From contig NC_017039.1 in the NCBI RefSeq assembly GCF_000284455.1, positions 1,500,001 through 1,532,000 of the forward strand: 32,000 bases of DNA. Direction: 5' to 3'. The notes under the pieces were generated by a model, which was given only the letters and a program-made list of their open reading frames with translations, was not told the DNA's origin and did no database searches. A program made the translations under genes and the position numbers. This DNA is from Synechocystis sp. PCC 6803 substr. PCC-P. Lineage in GTDB: Bacteria > Cyanobacteriota > Cyanobacteriia > Cyanobacteriales > Microcystaceae. Positions 9,018 to 17,878 of the stretch are shown here, one piece after another (position 1 is the first letter of the stretch; each line of letters opens with the position of its first letter).

Positions 9018-10202
9018 ATGACCAAGATTGAAACCAGAACCGAACCAATGGTGCTCAACATGGGGCCCCATCACCCGTCTATGCACGGGGTGTTACGTTT
9101 GATTGTGACCCTGGATGGGGAGGACGTGGTGGACTGTGAACCGGTGATTGGTTATCTGCATCGGGGCATGGAAAAGATCGCTGAAAGTCGTACCAATATT
9201 ATGTACGTTCCCTACGTTAGTCGTTGGGACTACGCCGCCGGTATGTTCAACGAAGCTATTACCGTCAATGCTCCAGAAAAGCTAGCCGACATTGAAGTTC
9301 CTAAGCGGGCCCAGTATATCCGGGTGATCATGCTGGAACTGAACCGCATCGCCAACCATTTACTTTGGCTTGGTCCCTTTATGGCGGACGTGGGGGCCCA
9401 AACTCCCTTCTTTTATATTTTCCGGGAACGGGAAATGATTTATGATCTGTGGGAAGCTGCTTCTGGCATGCGGTTGATCAACAATAATTATTTCCGCGTT
9501 GGTGGGGTAGCTGTGGATTTGCCCTACGGTTGGAATGATAAATGCGAGGACTTTTGTGACTACTTTTTGCCCAAGGTTGACGAGTACGAAAAACTAATTA
9601 CCAACAACCCCATTTTCCGTCGCCGGGTGGAGGGGGTGGGCACTGTGACCAGGGAAGAAGCCATTAACTGGGGATTATCGGGCCCCATGCTCCGAGGTTC
9701 CGGGGTGAAATGGGACCTGCGTAAGGTGGATCATTACGAGTGCTACGACGAGCTTGATTGGGAAGTGCAGTACGAAACCGCTGGGGACTGTTTTGCCCGT
9801 TACCTAGTCAGAATTCGGGAAATGCGGGAGTCGGTTAAGATCATTCGTCAGGCCCTCAAAGCCATGCCTGGTGGCCCCTACGAAAATCTGGAAGCTAAAC
9901 GACTCCAAGAAGGCAAAAAATCCGAATGGAATGATTTCCAATACCAGTATATTGCCAAAAAAGTTGCTCCCACCTTTAAGATTCCTGCCGGCGAACATTA
10001 CGTGCGCTTGGAAAGCGGTAAGGGAGAATTGGGTATTTTCATTCAAGGCAATGACGATGTGTTCCCCTGGCGTTGGAAAATCCGTTCTGCGGACTTCAAC
10101 AACCTGCAAATTCTGCCCCACATCCTCAAGGGGGTGAAGGTGGCAGACATCATGGCGATCCTCGGTAGTATCGATATTATCATGGGATCGGTGGACCGCT
10201 AG
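9018..10202 (+). CDS. ndhH: NAD(P)H-quinone oxidoreductase (NDH-1) subunit H
   Basis: 394 aa. [38 protein letters not shown]...[11 protein letters not shown] is the classic NdhH / 49-kDa (NuoD) subunit sequence. Confidence 0.97.
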   Translation: MTKIETRTEPMVLNMGPHHPSMHGVLRLIVTLDGEDVVDCEPVIGYLHRGMEKIAESRTNIMYVPYVSRWDYAAGMFNEAITVNAPEKLADIEVPKRAQYIRVIMLELNRIANHLLWLGPFMADVGAQTPFFYIFREREMIYDLWEAASGMRLINNNYFRVGGVAVDLPYGWNDKCEDFCDYFLPKVDEYEKLITNNPIFRRRVEGVGTVTREEAINWGLSGPMLRGSGVKWDLRKVDHYECYDELDWEVQYETAGDCFARYLVRIREMRESVKIIRQALKAMPGGPYENLEAKRLQEGKKSEWNDFQYQYIAKKVAPTFKIPAGEHYVRLESGKGELGIFIQGNDDVFPWRWKIRSADFNNLQILPHILKGVKVADIMAILGSIDIIMGSVDR

Positions 10203-10244
10203 GTGACGTTGCCCAGTTCTAATTAAATTTTTCTCCCTTTTCCC

Positions 10245-10649
10245 ATGGCTAATGAGGTCGTTAAAGCTAAGCGTCGCTCTAAATTCAATTTTGGTGATTT
10301 TGTCTTCAGTCCCCTAGCCCTTTTCCTAGCGGTGTTGGCTGGCATGGGGGCTACGGCCTTTATTAGCTATAAATTGGGGGATGCGGCCCTGGAGGGGGTT
10401 GTGCAACCGCCCAGTAACCCCATGGAGCAGTTCATTATTCCGCCTGGGGATGAGCCAGGGGAAAAACCCACAGATGGGTCGGAATCCGGTGCCAAGTTTG
10501 AGCCCGTCAATATTCAACAGGTGGCGAAAGAAACTAGGGCATATATTAAGAAACAACAGAAACTACCCAAGGGGGAAACCAACTCTGCCAACGCAGACCA
10601 GGGACAAGAAAAGTCTGAAGTGGAGACGGAGACGGAAAAAAAGTCTTAG
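10245..10649 (+). CDS. Hypothetical membrane-anchored protein with a low-complexity charged tail
   Basis: 134-aa ORF starting 42 bp after ndhH. One TM (FVFSPLALFLAVLAGMGATAFISY), then a Pro/Glu/Lys-rich tail. No recognisable domain. Confidence 0.5.
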   Translation: MANEVVKAKRRSKFNFGDFVFSPLALFLAVLAGMGATAFISYKLGDAALEGVVQPPSNPMEQFIIPPGDEPGEKPTDGSESGAKFEPVNIQQVAKETRAYIKKQQKLPKGETNSANADQGQEKSEVETETEKKS

Positions 10650-10699
10650 ATTCTAATGCTGCAAGCCCCCTAGTCAGCGACGAAAATCAAGGGGTCTTG

Positions 10700-11005
10700 A
10701 TGCGGGTAGAGAATATTACCCAAGATCGCCGTACACTGCAGTTGGCGGTGAGCTTACAAAATAATGGCTCGGAGGAAGTGGAGTTTTTGTATAGTTTTTT
10801 GGAAGTCAGGGACCAGGATAATAATTTATTGAGTTCCTTTACTGATTCTTTGCCTCCTTCCTTACCCGGCGATCGCCAAGCGTATAAAGGCACCATCGAG
10901 TTATTTGGCCCGCTGCCGGATTCGGTGCGCAGTGTGTCGATCCGTTTAGCCAGCTATCCCGACGAAAAGGTTAAATTACAGATTGATGCCATTCCCATTC
11001 CTTAG
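10700..11005 (+). CDS. Hypothetical protein (~101 aa)
   Basis: ORF with ATG at 10700 (the track starts one codon earlier, at a TTG). No recognisable motif. Confidence 0.45.
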   Translation: MRVENITQDRRTLQLAVSLQNNGSEEVEFLYSFLEVRDQDNNLLSSFTDSLPPSLPGDRQAYKGTIELFGPLPDSVRSVSIRLASYPDEKVKLQIDAIPIP

Positions 11006-11043
11006 CGGGTTGGATTGCATAGCCCTTAACTAAACTTCAATTT

Positions 11044-12153
11044 ATGCGATCGCCTTTGTTGGCCCCGTCCGAAAAGTGTCAAGCTTGGCCCCGGTTTACT
11101 CCCCCTTGGTATCTATCATCGGGCTTGGCCATGACTCTCTACACTGCCTTTGTGGCCAATCAACGTTGCTTAAACTCAGCCCGGACGAGGGAACCTGAAT
11201 ACATCAGCCAGGTAATGACCGGCTCCCAAGGAGTGCCCCTCCATGTTTGGCGATCGCCCATTCCTTCCCAAGCTAAGGGGACATTAATTGCCACCTATGG
11301 CATCACTGGCTCCCTGGAAGATCAAGGCTTTTTGCGACAATGGGGACGCTGGGCCTATGAACGGCACTATGACGTAATTTTGTTTGACTGGCGCGCCCAC
11401 GGTAAAACGGCGGAACTCTCCCCTACCCTCACCTCCGACGGTTTATATGAAGGGGAAGATTTTGTTTATTTAGCCGCCCAAGCAAAGGCTTTGGGTTACC
11501 CCGGCCCCTTTTGGTTTGGGGGTTATTCCCTGGGGGGTCAGCTTTCTCTCTGGGGGGTTTATAAGGGTCAAACTTTGGCAGATTGGGGTAACAACGACGC
11601 AATGCTAACTTCCTTTTCTCCCACAGACATTGGGGGAGCCATGGCCATTTGCCCTAGCCTTGATTCCCAGCGCTCCCTCAATTATTTAACCAGCCATCCA
11701 GTGGGACGATATTTGGAAAAGGCGATCGCCAACAAGCTGAAGGAATTGGCTTGGCAATTGCATCGTCACCATCCGGGGGAATTTGATTCCCAAGCCATTG
11801 AACGGGCTAATACTATTTGGGGCTTTGACCACAATTTGGTGATCGATCGCCTCGGATTGGCCTCTGTGGAAGATTATTACGAAGTCAGCAGTGCCTTGCC
11901 CCTGTTGAGCAAAATTGTTAAACCAACCCTATTGCTCTACGCCGCCGATGATCCCATGTTCCATCCCGCCATAGTAGAAGAATTACCCGGCTTGCAAAAC
12001 CAACTTACCGGTGTGGATTTACAGATAACCCCCAAGGGTGGCCATGTGGGCTACATTGCCAATGGTCCCTGTCAGCAGGCTAGCAACGACCCGGACGAAA
12101 ATTGGGCGATTCACCGCACCCTAGATTGGTTAGATCAAAAATCTTTGGCCTAA
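11044..12153 (+). CDS. Alpha/beta-fold hydrolase (YheT-like)
   Basis: 369 aa. Nucleophile elbow GGYSLGG. Later ...YAADDPMF... and ...GGHVGY... are consistent with the Asp and His of the catalytic triad. Confidence 0.75.
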   Translation: MRSPLLAPSEKCQAWPRFTPPWYLSSGLAMTLYTAFVANQRCLNSARTREPEYISQVMTGSQGVPLHVWRSPIPSQAKGTLIATYGITGSLEDQGFLRQWGRWAYERHYDVILFDWRAHGKTAELSPTLTSDGLYEGEDFVYLAAQAKALGYPGPFWFGGYSLGGQLSLWGVYKGQTLADWGNNDAMLTSFSPTDIGGAMAICPSLDSQRSLNYLTSHPVGRYLEKAIANKLKELAWQLHRHHPGEFDSQAIERANTIWGFDHNLVIDRLGLASVEDYYEVSSALPLLSKIVKPTLLLYAADDPMFHPAIVEELPGLQNQLTGVDLQITPKGGHVGYIANGPCQQASNDPDENWAIHRTLDWLDQKSLA

Positions 12154-12167
12154 TGGATCATTCACAA

Positions 12168-12182
12168 TTTTCAAATCCGTTC
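12168..12182. repeat. Left copy of a perfect 15-bp direct repeat TTTTCAAATCCGTTC (IS-end-like)
   Basis: Identical 15-mer at 13155-13169. The sequence also resembles the IS right terminal repeat (CTTTTCAAACACTTTC). Confidence 0.8.
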
Positions 12183-12185
12183 TAA

Positions 12186-13056
12186 GAGCGTGTTTGAAAA
12201 GTAGGGTGAAGAATGGAAAATGGTGAAAAGAATAAAATTTTCACCATAATTAATGATAATTCGAGAATTTTACAGCACGGACATCACAGATAGCCAGTGG
12301 CAATTGGTAGAACCCCATTTACCCAAAGCAAAAACTGGGGGAAGAAAACGGAAAACTAGTCTGCGGGAGATACTCAATGCTATTTTTTACATGCTCAGAA
12401 CGGGGTGTGCCTGGCGACTTCTGCCCCATGATTTTCCTAAATGGCGAACGGTCTATGGTTATTTCCAGCAATGGCACGAAGATGGTACCTGGAAAAAATT
12501 AAACCGTATCTTCCGTGAGAAAGTTCGGCTCAAAGCTGGAAGAAATACTCACCCTAGTGCCGGTTGTTTAGATTCACAGTCACTTAAAAAGGCTGGAACT
12601 GGCCAAGAAACTGGCTATGACGGCGGAAAAAAGGTCAATGGTCGTAAACGCACAATCCTCGTGGATACCATGGGATTACTTCTCGATGTTGTGGTTCACA
12701 GCGCTCATCGCTCTGACCATCAGGGTCTGATTCTACTTGCTACCTGGTTTGCTCCCCTTTGGCAGTGCCTGCAAGTTATATGGACTGACAGCACCTTTGG
12801 CGGAAAGGATTTTATTTTCTGGGTGGAGCATACTTTTGGTTGGACCTTGAATGTGGTCAGCAAAAAGCAGGGACAAAAAGGCTTTGAAGTCCTACCCCGC
12901 CGTTGGGTAGTCGAGCGCACTTTTGCTTGGTTTGGTCGTTATCGTCGTTTAAGCAAGGATTATGAATATTTACCTACCACCAGTGAGACCATGCTCTATG
13001 GTGCCATGGTTCATCTCATCCTTCAAAGGCTTGCTTAAAACTTTTCAAACACTTTC
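12186..13056 (+). mobile_element. IS5-family insertion sequence (IS1031-like group; possibly the element catalogued as ISY523 in Synechocystis), 871 bp
   Basis: 17-bp terminal inverted repeats: GAGCGTGTTTGAAAAGT at 12186-12202 and its complement-like ACTTTTCAAACACTTTC at 13040-13056 (15/17 match). TAA lies on both flanks (12183-12185 and 13057-13059), as expected for a 3-bp target duplication. A single DDE transposase ORF sits inside. Confidence 0.85.
12253..13038 (+). CDS. IS5-family DDE transposase
   Basis: 261 aa. N-terminal ...SQWQLVEPHLP...GRKRK...REILNAIFYMLRTGCAWRLLP... (insertion-element DUF4096-type HTH). DDE region ...ILVDTMGLLL..., ...IWTDSTFGG..., ...VVERTFAWFGRYRRLSKDYE. Confidence 0.92.
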   Translation: MIIREFYSTDITDSQWQLVEPHLPKAKTGGRKRKTSLREILNAIFYMLRTGCAWRLLPHDFPKWRTVYGYFQQWHEDGTWKKLNRIFREKVRLKAGRNTHPSAGCLDSQSLKKAGTGQETGYDGGKKVNGRKRTILVDTMGLLLDVVVHSAHRSDHQGLILLATWFAPLWQCLQVIWTDSTFGGKDFIFWVEHTFGWTLNVVSKKQGQKGFEVLPRRWVVERTFAWFGRYRRLSKDYEYLPTTSETMLYGAMVHLILQRLA

Positions 13057-13126
13057 TAAGAGCCTGTTTGCAAAGTCTTATTTTGCCCCCTAAATCCCTC
13101 AATACTGGGGGACTTTGACTGTGTTT

Positions 13127-13144
13127 CCCCCCAAATTTGGGGGG
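13127..13144. terminator. Perfect GC-clamped palindrome CCCCCCAAATTTGGGGGG, a possible bidirectional terminator/hairpin downstream of coaBC
   Basis: 18-nt perfect palindrome 14 nt past the coaBC stop. A second C5/G5 hairpin lies at about 13086-13111. There is no clean U-tract, so function is uncertain. Confidence 0.35.
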
Positions 13145-13154
13145 TCAGGGGGGC

Positions 13155-13169
13155 TTTTCAAATCCGTTC
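13155..13169. repeat. Right copy of the 15-bp direct repeat; overlaps the stop codon and last three codons of coaBC
   Basis: Identical to 12168-12182. Positions 13158-13169 encode ...E R I stop of the minus-strand coaBC. Confidence 0.8.
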
Positions 13170-14366
13170 CAACAGATATTGCCAAATGCGGTGGGCCATG
13201 GCCAGCTTTGAACAAGGGGCGATCGCCGTTTGGGAACCGTGGCGGTCAATAATTACCGCTTGATTACTGTCGGTGCCAAAGCCTGATTGGGGCTGATCAA
13301 TGGGATTGGCAACAATTACATCTAGATTTTTCCTCTGCAACTTTTCTTTGGCTGGGGTAACAATATCTCCCGCTTGGGCAGCAAAACCTACTAGCAATTG
13401 ATGGGGCCGTTTTTGTTTGCTCACCTGGGCAATTAAATCCGGTACCGGAGCCAACGGCAAACTGTCGGGTAAATCCTGTTTAGCTATTTTGCCTGTCCAT
13501 GTTTGAGCCGGTTTAACATCGGCCACAGCGGCGGCCATCACAATCCAATCCGCCAAGGGAGCTTGTTGGGCCAAGGCTTGCTCCATTTGCTCGGCGTTGA
13601 CCACCGCCATACTGATTACTCCCATGGGTATGGGCAAATCCCCTATGGGGCCATGGATGAGAGTCACCCTTGCCCCCCGATCGCCGGCCGACTGGGCCAG
13701 AGCTAAACCCATTTTTCCGGTGGACGGATTACCAATAAACCGCACTGCATCGAGATATTCCTGGGTGCCCCCAGCGGTGATAAGAATCCTTTTACCCCGT
13801 AAATCTTCCTGACCTCCGGTGAACAGCAGTGCTTGCAGTCGATGCATAATTTGCGCCGGTTCCGCCAAACGCCCCACTCCCCGCCGGTCACAGGCCAACA
13901 GTCCCCCATTGGGGGCTAACAGATGATAACGGCGATCGCCCAGCAATTGTTGTAAATTCCTTTGCACCGCTTCCTGCTCCCACATATCCGTATTCATGGC
14001 GGGGGCTAAAAGGATCGGACAACTGGAGGCTAACACCGTATTGCTGAGTAGATCATCGGCAAAACCATGGCCTAGTTTCGCCAAAGTGTGGGCCGTGAGG
14101 GGAGCAATCAGGAAAATATCCGCCCATTCCCCCAGGTCAATATGGAGGGGACGGTGATGTATGGGCTGCCAAAAATCTGCGTCGCCGTAAGCGGGATGGC
14201 GAGCCAGGGTGGTAAAGGTCAAGGGAGTAACAAATTTTTCGGCTTCGGCAGTGAGGATTACCCGCACCTCCGCCCCTTGCTGGAATAGTTGGGACACCAC
14301 CTCACAGATTTTATAGGCCGCAATGCCGCCACCCACCCCGATTAGGATGCGTTTCCCCTTTACCAT
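13158..14366 (-). CDS. coaBC: Bifunctional phosphopantothenoylcysteine decarboxylase / phosphopantothenate-cysteine ligase
   Basis: 402 aa. N-terminal flavoprotein motif [14 protein letters not shown]...PAMN..MW. C-terminal CoaB half ...ITAGGT.E.LD.VR.I.N.S.GKMG...AAAVADVKP. Confidence 0.93.
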
Positions 14367-14378
14367 GGGCGATTAAAT

Positions 14379-14591
14379 TTAAGCTTCGTCATAGGTCTCA
14401 TTATCCAGCAGGTAAAGATAGGGTTCCGCCAAGTCTTCCCGCTGAAAGGCGATCGCCCGTAGGAGATGCCAATCCCTCAGCCCTTCAAAAGCATCGGTGT
14501 AATCATCGTTTTCCAGCCGTTGGGCCAATTGGGCCACATCCTCGGCAGTGAGTGCAGCTACATCTTGTTTGCTCAGGTTTTGGACGGACAT
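14379..14591 (-). CDS. Small conserved-looking hypothetical protein (70 aa) immediately upstream of coaBC
   Basis: ATG at 14591 preceded by AGGAG (MSVQNLSKQDVAALTAEDV...). Its stop is 12 nt before the coaBC start. The ORF-track version adds 13 upstream codons from a non-ATG start. Confidence 0.6.
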   Translation of the reverse strand: MSVQNLSKQDVAALTAEDVAQLAQRLENDDYTDAFEGLRDWHLLRAIAFQREDLAEPYLYLLDNETYDEA

Positions 14592-14696
14592 GGACAATAC
14601 TCCTGAAGTTGACAACCGTCGGCAACTCACATTTTATAGTCTCTGCGTTGGTTGCAACCAAGAGAATAGAGCAAACCGGGGCTAAACTGGGCCAAC

Positions 14697-15452
14697 CTAA
14701 GCCAGCAAAGAAGTGGAAGAAGAGGCTTCCTGCCCTTGGAGCGATCGCCAAAATTGTTGTAGTTGAAATGCGGTTATCTCTGGATGCTCAAACTGAAAAA
14801 AGTATTTTCCTTCAGGACATAACCAAAGGCGATCGCCAGGCTTTTTCCAGCGTTGCCAACCATTAAATAAACTGGTGTCAATGATGCCATCTGTTTCTCC
14901 CACCGCCACCAAGAGGGGCACAGCAATGTGGTTGGGCAAAATAATTAATTGCTTATACAAACTATGGGGAGAAATGGAAGTTAATAGATCATTTTCCAAA
15001 ATATTAACAATGGTTTGGGTTTGACGTAGGGAACGACAATTAAATAGATGGTGGGCCATTTGACCAAGGAGCAAATGACGGCTGTAACGCATGGCATCAA
15101 ATTGGCTGTAATAATGGGCTTGCCAGTCGAGGGCAGGATATACACCAACGGAGAGTAGGGAGAGGGAACGGACTTTTTCGGGACATTGTCGGGCGTACAA
15201 TAAAGCTAACAATCCACTGGTGCTATGACCAATTAAATGGACAGGTTGGTGAAAATTTTCCAGGTATTCTCCGATTAAATCTAATCCCACTGTTAGACAA
15301 TTGGGTTCGTCAGCAGTTTGATGATAATCCCATTGCAAAATAGCCTGACTTTTGCCTAATTGTCGTAGTAGAGGACGATCAAAACGCCGCAGAGCAGGAC
15401 TAAAATTAAGCCAAATGATAGGTGTTTCCGGGGGCATATTCTGGTTTGTCAT
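14697..15452 (-). CDS. Alpha/beta-fold hydrolase downstream of isiB (isiC-type position in the iron-stress operon)
   Basis: 251 aa. Nucleophile-elbow-like HLIGHSTSG (a GxSxS variant of GxSxG), plus later Asp and His candidates. Same strand as isiAB. Confidence 0.7.
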   Translation of the reverse strand: MTNQNMPPETPIIWLNFSPALRRFDRPLLRQLGKSQAILQWDYHQTADEPNCLTVGLDLIGEYLENFHQPVHLIGHSTSGLLALLYARQCPEKVRSLSLLSVGVYPALDWQAHYYSQFDAMRYSRHLLLGQMAHHLFNCRSLRQTQTIVNILENDLLTSISPHSLYKQLIILPNHIAVPLLVAVGETDGIIDTSLFNGWQRWKKPGDRLWLCPEGKYFFQFEHPEITAFQLQQFWRSLQGQEASSSTSLLA

Positions 15453-15686
15453 GGTAGGAGTCCGGCTGGGGGGAGATTCTTAGACAAAAAATTAAATGAA
15501 GTGAGGAGTAGCAAGTAAATTATTCGAGTCAGCATTATTTGCAGGTTGATCAAAACCGGGCAGAGCTAGAAACAACCCTGACAAAAGATCAGATTTTCAA
15601 GATAAGTTCAAGCAACATTAATTATTGCCAGTGTCAATGAACTATTGGGATCTTGGTAGTGATCAGCCGGCAAAAGCTTAGGTTAC

Positions 15687-16199
15687 CTAGGATTGCAAAA
15701 TTGGTTTAATTTCACTTACCCATGTCTTTACTCTTAATTCTGTTAACTCTGGCTGATTATCTTCGTCCAAAGCTAAACCAACAAATTTCCCATTTTTCAC
15801 CGCTTTTGATTCGTCAAAATCATAGCCAGCGGTGGGCCAAAACCCCACTGTTTTACCGCCTAATCCACTGATTTTTTCTTCTAAAATGCCCATGGCGTCT
15901 TGAAAATTATCTGCATAACCAACCTGATCGCCAGCACCAAAATAGGCTACTTTTTTGCCATTAAAATCAATTTCGTCTAATTGGTCATAAAAGCCTTCCC
16001 AATCACTCTGGAGTTCCCCCACATTCCAGGTGGGACAACCGATAATCAGGCAACTATATTGCCTAAAATCATCAACATCAGCCTGGGATATATCCATCAT
16101 ATCGACCACACTATCGCCGCCCATTTCTTTTTGAATCAGTTCAGCAATGGTTTCAGTGTTGCCGGTTTGAGTACCGTAAAAAAGTCCAATTTTTGTCAT
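15687..16199 (-). CDS. isiB: Long-chain flavodoxin
   Basis: 170 aa. MTKIGLFYGTQTGNTETIAE...GCPTWN.GELQSDW... are classic flavodoxin FMN-binding motifs. Lies downstream of isiA. Confidence 0.97.
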   Translation of the reverse strand: MTKIGLFYGTQTGNTETIAELIQKEMGGDSVVDMMDISQADVDDFRQYSCLIIGCPTWNVGELQSDWEGFYDQLDEIDFNGKKVAYFGAGDQVGYADNFQDAMGILEEKISGLGGKTVGFWPTAGYDFDESKAVKNGKFVGLALDEDNQPELTELRVKTWVSEIKPILQS

Positions 16200-16257
16200 G
16201 ATTACTGGAAAGTTACTAAGCTTAATTTGTTTTCGTGGAAATAATTTTGGGAAACCC

Positions 16258-16437
16258 TTAACCGTTAAGTAGGGCTTGGTTTAGTAGTTCCGAAGTGTTG
16301 AAGGAAAGGGGACTGATGCCATCGTTGGCGATCGCCTGCATCTGGCGACACTGACAGCAATACCAAACTAAATTTCCTTGGTGTAAATGCCGCAAAAGAC
16401 AATGGCAACAGCACAAACAAGTGTGAGGATGATCCAT
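16258..16437 (-). CDS. Candidate 59-aa Cys/His-rich micro-protein in the isiA-isiB spacer
   Basis: Hand-translated: MDHPHTCLCCCHCLLRHLHQGNLVWYCCQCRQMQAIANDGISPLSFNTSELLNQALLNG, then TAA at 16258-16260. It has 8 Cys and 5 His in the first 31 residues. One codon below the 60-aa track cutoff. Same strand as isiA/isiB. No Shine-Dalgarno. Confidence 0.35.
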   Translation of the reverse strand: MDHPHTCLCCCHCLLRHLHQGNLVWYCCQCRQMQAIANDGISPLSFNTSELLNQALLNG

Positions 16438-16486
16438 AATTTTTTAGGCAATGGGAGAGTGAAAATTCATTAACTTAGGCAAGGTA

Positions 16487-16563
16487 ATAAAAAGAAAAGA
16501 GGTTTACCGTTACTTAGCAATGGAGTCTTAATTTCAGGCTGGCAGAGCTAGGCAAAGTAAACC
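16487..16563 (-). terminator. Stem-loop plus U-rich tract downstream of isiA (possible partial terminator)
   Basis: On the minus strand, GGTTTAC (16563-16557) pairs with GTAAACC (16507-16501) across a ~49-nt loop that has some internal pairing. It is followed by UCUUUUCUUUUUAUUA. Confidence 0.35.
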
Positions 16564-16603
16564 CCGATGCTTGCTTAAGAGAGGAAAAGCTGATGGCTAA
16601 TGA

Positions 16604-17632
16604 CTAGGTTTGCAAGGAATCAAACGCTTGTTCGACCCGTTTGAAGTCAAAACCCAAAGCCCGCAGTGCGTGCCAGAGGTGGCCTTGGAGGAAGAAAAAG
16701 GCCAGGAAGAAGTGAGCGTTGGCTAACCAAGCCCGGCTGGTGTGGGCATGCATGGGCAGTTCCACCGTATCGGCAAAATAGGGAAAAATGCCCAATTTAA
16801 TTGCCAAAGGCGGGCCGTAAAATTCTGGCGGATAGGCCAGGGTGTTGACTGCACAGAAATAGGCCGCCACAAATCCAGCTAGGGCAATGCCCCCCAGGGA
16901 ATAGGACAAAATGGCTTCCCCGGAAAAGAGCAGAACTTTTTTAGCCCAACCCAGAGGGGGCACCAGAATGTGCCAAATGCCTCCACCGATGAGCAGAAAA
17001 CCGACAAAAATATGTCCCCCCACCAGATCTTCTAGGCTACTGATGCTGGCAAAATGGGTTTGATAACCATAAATAACCAAAGGATCTAATGTTGGCTGAC
17101 TGACTAGGCGCACCGTTTGGGTGGTGGCGTCGTACAATCCCCCCCAATACATGGCTTTGCCTGCCAACAGTAGAGCTCCGGCCCCCAGGAACAGGAGATG
17201 ATGACCCAAAATTATCCCTAGTTGCTGGGGGTTTTCCCACGTGAAATGGAATTTTTTGCCCTGGCCCTTAAGGGTACTGAGGTCAGCGGGGGCCCGCAGG
17301 GTATGAAACAAAGCCCCAGCCCCCAGTACCGCTGAAGCAATCAGGTGAATACTACCAATGACAAAGTAGGGATAGGTATCCACAATTTGTCCGCCATCGC
17401 CCACACCCCAACCGAGGGTAGCCAAATGGGGCAGTAGAATTAATCCCTGGTCTCCCATGGCCTGGGTGGGATCAAATCGGGAAATTTCAAACAGGGTAAA
17501 GGCTCCGGCCCAAAATGCTGTTAAAGCCGCCTGGGCCACATGGGCCGCAATAAAAAGCCCAGACTGATCAGCGAAACGGGCATTGCCGGCCCACCATTCG
17601 TACTGAACGGTGTCGTTGCCATAGGTTTGCAC
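16604..17632 (-). CDS. isiA: Iron-stress-induced chlorophyll-binding protein IsiA (CP43')
   Basis: 342 aa. [37 protein letters not shown]... is CP43-like but lacks the large lumenal loop. The start is GTG at 17632, with AAGGAGG 7 nt upstream. Confidence 0.97.
   Translation of the reverse strand: MQTYGNDTVQYEWWAGNARFADQSGLFIAAHVAQAALTAFWAGAFTLFEISRFDPTQAMGDQGLILLPHLATLGWGVGDGGQIVDTYPYFVIGSIHLIASAVLGAGALFHTLRAPADLSTLKGQGKKFHFTWENPQQLGIILGHHLLFLGAGALLLAGKAMYWGGLYDATTQTVRLVSQPTLDPLVIYGYQTHFASISSLEDLVGGHIFVGFLLIGGGIWHILVPPLGWAKKVLLFSGEAILSYSLGGIALAGFVAAYFCAVNTLAYPPEFYGPPLAIKLGIFPYFADTVELPMHAHTSRAWLANAHFFLAFFFLQGHLWHALRALGFDFKRVEQAFDSLQT
17080..17260 (+). ncRNA. isrR: Approximate position of the IsrR-type cis-antisense RNA to isiA (boundaries are a guess)
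   Basis: A ~177-nt antisense RNA from the non-coding strand of the central part of isiA is documented for Synechocystis 6803. On the + strand I see only weak support: TTGATA at 17060-17065, a TCTAAT -10-like hexamer about 19 nt later, and a T6 run at 17251-17256. Exact ends cannot be derived from the sequence alone. Confidence 0.3.
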
Positions 17633-17851
17633 AGAATTGCCTCCTTAATTGAGACGACAAATAATAAATTATGGCAATAAGTGCCGAGAAACCTAGGTGG
17701 GATGCCGCCATGGAGGCAAAGAATAAAGCGTTCTCTGTCCACCCGAGACCTATTCTGGCTTAACCACAACGGCGATCGCCAATCTTTCCCTAGGACTAAG
17801 CTCAAACCACTGATGGAGCAGTTGAGAATCTTTAGCACTTACTCCCGAATT

Positions 17852-17878
17852 ATTATAGGGGCATAAATGAGAATTTAT
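17852..17878 (-). promoter_or_regulatory. isiA promoter -10 (TATAAT) with an adjacent Fur-box-like palindrome
   Basis: Minus strand reads ...CTATAAATTCTCATTTATGCCCCTATAATAATTCGGG... A perfect 6-4-6 palindrome ATAAAT-TCTC-ATTTAT (17863-17878) sits immediately upstream of TATAAT (17852-17857), about 220 nt upstream of the isiA start. It is AT-rich like Fur operators. Confidence 0.5.
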
